Shown here piece after piece: positions 61,203 to 64,000 of a DNA stretch of 64,000 bases (within the stretch, counting starts at the first letter, position 1; each line of letters opens with the position of its first letter). Below the pieces are notes generated by a model, which was given only the letters and a program-made list of their open reading frames with translations, ran no database searches and had not been told where the DNA came from. Location: the NCBI GenBank assembly GCA_020348925.1, contig CP070758.1:2495688-2559687 (forward strand), read 5' to 3'. Position numbers and translations under genes: made by a program. This DNA comes from Gemmatimonadota bacterium. Its GTDB lineage: Bacteria; JBHIER01; G020348925.

Positions 61203-64000
61203 ATGAAGGACATTTCAAGAGAATTGCTGTATGCGATTGTTGTGATAATGATCTTTGCAACAATTGTAGATTGGAGTTCCATCTCTTTTGCTCAATGTAC
61301 GATTACGGTTACGTCACCCTCTGGTGGCGAGAATTGGCGAGAAGACAGTCAACACAGTATCACATGGACAGCAGAGAATTGTGAGAGTGGGGAATTCAGA
61401 ATTGAATATACAACTGATGGAGGGGGTACTTGGATCGTTGCTGCTACTGTGGGAGAAACCTCACTTATTTGGACAGTACCATATACACCTTCTGATAATT
61501 GCATGATCAGAATTTGCTGCGTAGACGCTGATCCTGAATGCTGCAATACAAGTGTAGTATTTTACATCTGGGAACGGGCCCTGGAAGACCTGTACGTTGC
61601 GACAGGTGGGGATTTGTGGGATAGCAATGATTACTGGCTGTCAGAGAGTCACCCGATCTGGGACTGGTATGGTGTCATTTCACATCGCCACGGATGGGTT
61701 GACAGCCTCGATCTGTCACATAATGGACTTACAGGCGTCATACCGCTGGAAATCGGCGACCTTGACTCCTTGCGGATATTGAACCTTGCAGGAAAGGCAC
61801 ATCCTGATAGCATTCCAAATAACAGATTTTCAGGTGGCATTCCGACTACAATCAAAAACCTGAAATTCTTACGGGAACTGGATCTTTCGAACACTCAACT
61901 TTCTGGTAGCATTCCACCTGAAATCGGAAGCTTGGATTCACTCCGGAAACTGAGCCTTCATGGCGACAGTCTCTATAATGGAATTCCCTATCAGATTGGC
62001 AATCTGAAGAAACTGGAGATATTGTCGCTTGGAGATAACGTGCTCTCTGGCACGATTCCACCGGAAGTCTGTAACTTGACGGCGTTGCAAGTTCTCTCCC
62101 TCACAGGAAACCGACTATCCGGTTCCATCCCTCTTGGAATAGGTAACTTGACAACTCTGCAGATATTATCACTTGGGGGTAATCAGCTCGAAGATTCCAT
62201 TCGATATGAAATCGGAAATCTGACAGAATTGAAGGTATTGTCACTTGGGGGCAATCTACTCTCAGGTATCATCCCGACGAAAATTGTCAACCTGACAGAT
62301 TTAGAGGCGTTGCAACTTGGCGGTAATCAGCTTACAGGTCCCATTCCACCTGGAATCGGAAGTCTGTCGAAATTGAAGGTAATATCGCTGGGAAGTAATA
62401 TGCTTTCGGGTCCCATTCCGGCTGGAATTAGTAGCCTGACACAATTGGAAGCCTTATATCTATTGGGCAACCAACTTTCAGGTTCCATTCCTTCCGGAAT
62501 AAATAACTTGATAAAATTGAAAGTAATGTACTTAGGGAGCAATCAACTCTCGGGTTCCATACCGGCTGGAATCGGCAGCCTGGCGGAAATGGAGAACTTG
62601 CACCTTGGTGAAAACCAACTCTCCAGTACCATCCCGTCAAAAATTGGAGACCTGTTAAAATTAAAGAGATTGTATCTTCAAAATAACCAGTTATCCGGTC
62701 CGATCCCTTCAAGTTTCACAAATCTGACGGCTCTAATAGACAGCGTTAGCCTTCATGTCGGTTATAATAAATTATTTAGTGATGAACCTACTGTGATTGA
62801 CTTTCTGAATATAAAAGATCCAGACTGGGCACAGACCCAGACCGTGGCCCCGGCCAATATCATTTGTAGCACCATTGAAATCACAAGGGTTGAATTGTCG
62901 TGGGACCCCATTCTGTACACGTGGGATAGTGGTGGGTATATCGTCTCCTATGGTTTGGAAATCGGGGGGCCCTATGATGTCGTTGACACTACTGCAGGCA
63001 AAACCGTAACAAACCTGACAGCCTTCGGCCTGAGTAAAAATACACAATACTATTTTTATATAACCACGCATACCCCGCCGCATGGCTTTCAACAGAATGA
63101 TCTTATCAGCGCCCCAAGTGAAACACTATCAGTAAGAACTCTGCCCGATGCGGATGGAGATGGGATTGCGGACGGCGATGATAACTGTCCAGACGATGCC
63201 AATCCTGATCAGGGTAATTCGGACACAGACTCTCATGGTGATTTGTGCGACAACTGTCCAAATGAGAACAATGAAGATCAGGCTGACGATGATGGTGATG
63301 GTGTGGGCGATGCCTGCGACGTCTGCCCTGGCTATGACGACACGCAGGATGGCGACGGTGACGGAGTCCCGGATGATTGTGACAATTGTCTGAGTGATTA
63401 CAACCCGGGACAGGAGAACGCGGATGGTGACGCTTTAGGGGATTCGTGCGACAACTGCCCGGAACATTACAACGACCCTCCTCAGACGGACTCGGACGGA
63501 GACGGGGTTGGGGACCTCTGTGATCTCTGTCCTGGATTTGACGATACCCAGAACGCCGACACGGATACCATTCCGAATGGATGTGACAATTGCGATGATG
63601 TCTACAACCCCGACCAGGCGAATTCAGATGCCGATACGCTGGGCGATGCCTGCGATAATTGTCCGGATGATGACAACGACGACCAGGTCGACGGGGACAG
63701 CGACGGAGTGGGCGATGTGTGCGATAACTGCCCATTGGTGCCAAATCCCGGCCAGGGGGACGCCGACGGCGACGGAGTAGGAGATCTCTGCGAGACGGAC
63801 GCCGACGGAGACGGTATCGCCAATGATGAGGACAATTGCATGACCGTCCCGAATCCGGATCAAGCCGATGGGGATGGCGACGATGTGGGCGATGTGTGCG
63901 ACAATTGCCCGGCAGTGTTCAATCCCCGCGATGTTGATATTGACGGCGACTTAATTCCTGATCAGCCCGATTCAGACGCCGACTCAGTCGGCGATGGCTG
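61203..64000 (+). CDS. Large secreted protein: Ig-like domain, about 14 LRRs, FN3-like domain, thrombospondin type 3 repeats; runs off the window
   Basis: Manual translation from ATG 61203: signal peptide; ITVTSPSGGENW; cap ALEDLY..TGG..W...WYGV; repeats such as LTQLEALYLLGNQLSGSIPSGINN; VELSWDP...GLSKNTQYYF; DGDGIADGDDNCP..NPDQ repeats; no stop seen. Absent from the ORF track. Confidence 0.9.
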   Translation, partial: MKDISRELLYAIVVIMIFATIVDWSSISFAQCTITVTSPSGGENWREDSQHSITWTAENCESGEFRIEYTTDGGGTWIVAATVGETSLIWTVPYTPSDNCMIRICCVDADPECCNTSVVFYIWERALEDLYVATGGDLWDSNDYWLSESHPIWDWYGVISHRHGWVDSLDLSHNGLTGVIPLEIGDLDSLRILNLAGKAHPDSIPNNRFSGGIPTTIKNLKFLRELDLSNTQLSGSIPPEIGSLDSLRKLSLHGDSLYNGIPYQIGNLKKLEILSLGDNVLSGTIPPEVCNLTALQVLSLTGNRLSGSIPLGIGNLTTLQILSLGGNQLEDSIRYEIGNLTELKVLSLGGNLLSGIIPTKIVNLTDLEALQLGGNQLTGPIPPGIGSLSKLKVISLGSNMLSGPIPAGISSLTQLEALYLLGNQLSGSIPSGINNLIKLKVMYLGSNQLSGSIPAGIGSLAEMENLHLGENQLSSTIPSKIGDLLKLKRLYLQNNQLSGPIPSSFTNLTALIDSVSLHVGYNKLFSDEPTVIDFLNIKDPDWAQTQTVAPANIICSTIEITRVELSWDPILYTWDSGGYIVSYGLEIGGPYDVVDTTAGKTVTNLTAFGLSKNTQYYFYITTHTPPHGFQQNDLISAPSETLSVRTLPDADGDGIADGDDNCPDDANPDQGNSDTDSHGDLCDNCPNENNEDQADDDGDGVGDACDVCPGYDDTQDGDGDGVPDDCDNCLSDYNPGQENADGDALGDSCDNCPEHYNDPPQTDSDGDGVGDLCDLCPGFDDTQNADTDTIPNGCDNCDDVYNPDQANSDADTLGDACDNCPDDDNDDQVDGDSDGVGDVCDNCPLVPNPGQGDADGDGVGDLCETDADGDGIANDEDNCMTVPNPDQADGDGDDVGDVCDNCPAVFNPRDVDIDGDLIPDQPDSDADSVGDG

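Noticed and set aside
61700-64000. CRISPR array or DNA tandem repeat
   Set aside because: Periodicity comes from protein repeats (LRR, TSP3) with synonymous variation; no identical repeats with spacers and no cas genes.

Overview
This is a bacterial window, probably from a metagenome assembly. FlgD/T9SS-type C-terminal sorting tags and dockerin-like domains suggest an FCB-group lineage (inference). Two 100-N gaps (29932-30031 and 60472-60571) split it into three segments whose adjacency cannot be trusted. Segment 1 starts with an esterase. Next is a secreted Rhs locus: a small protein with one YD repeat and a sorting tag, a 2358-aa Rhs protein with five beta-helix modules, and a small acidic ORF. 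Then comes a Ytr-like operon: GntR-PP2C fusion, GntR, ABC ATPase, five paralogous membrane proteins (one broken) and a SecDF-P1-head/gluzincin/DOMON-like lipoprotein. It ends with an ECF sigma/anti-sigma/TonB triad, a selA-selB-(four-helix-bundle)-selD cluster with a Sec-encoding selD, dgt, a nitrilase-family gene and a gap-truncated uvrA. Segment 2 has many small accessory genes with two attC-like hairpins and two pseudogenes, a MarR-linked Tat nitroreductase operon, lhr, a Cys1-less purF, dockerin-bearing proteins (FISUMP domain; CBM48-GH57-like), an aminotransferase, Ntn hydrolases and a GT39-like enzyme. Segment 3 has a sorting-tag fragment and a large LRR-FN3-thrombospondin-3 protein missed by the ORF track. 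The best candidates for undescribed systems are the YD-tag/Rhs pair and the GntR-PP2C multi-permease operon. All family calls come from reading motifs by eye; no database searches were run.
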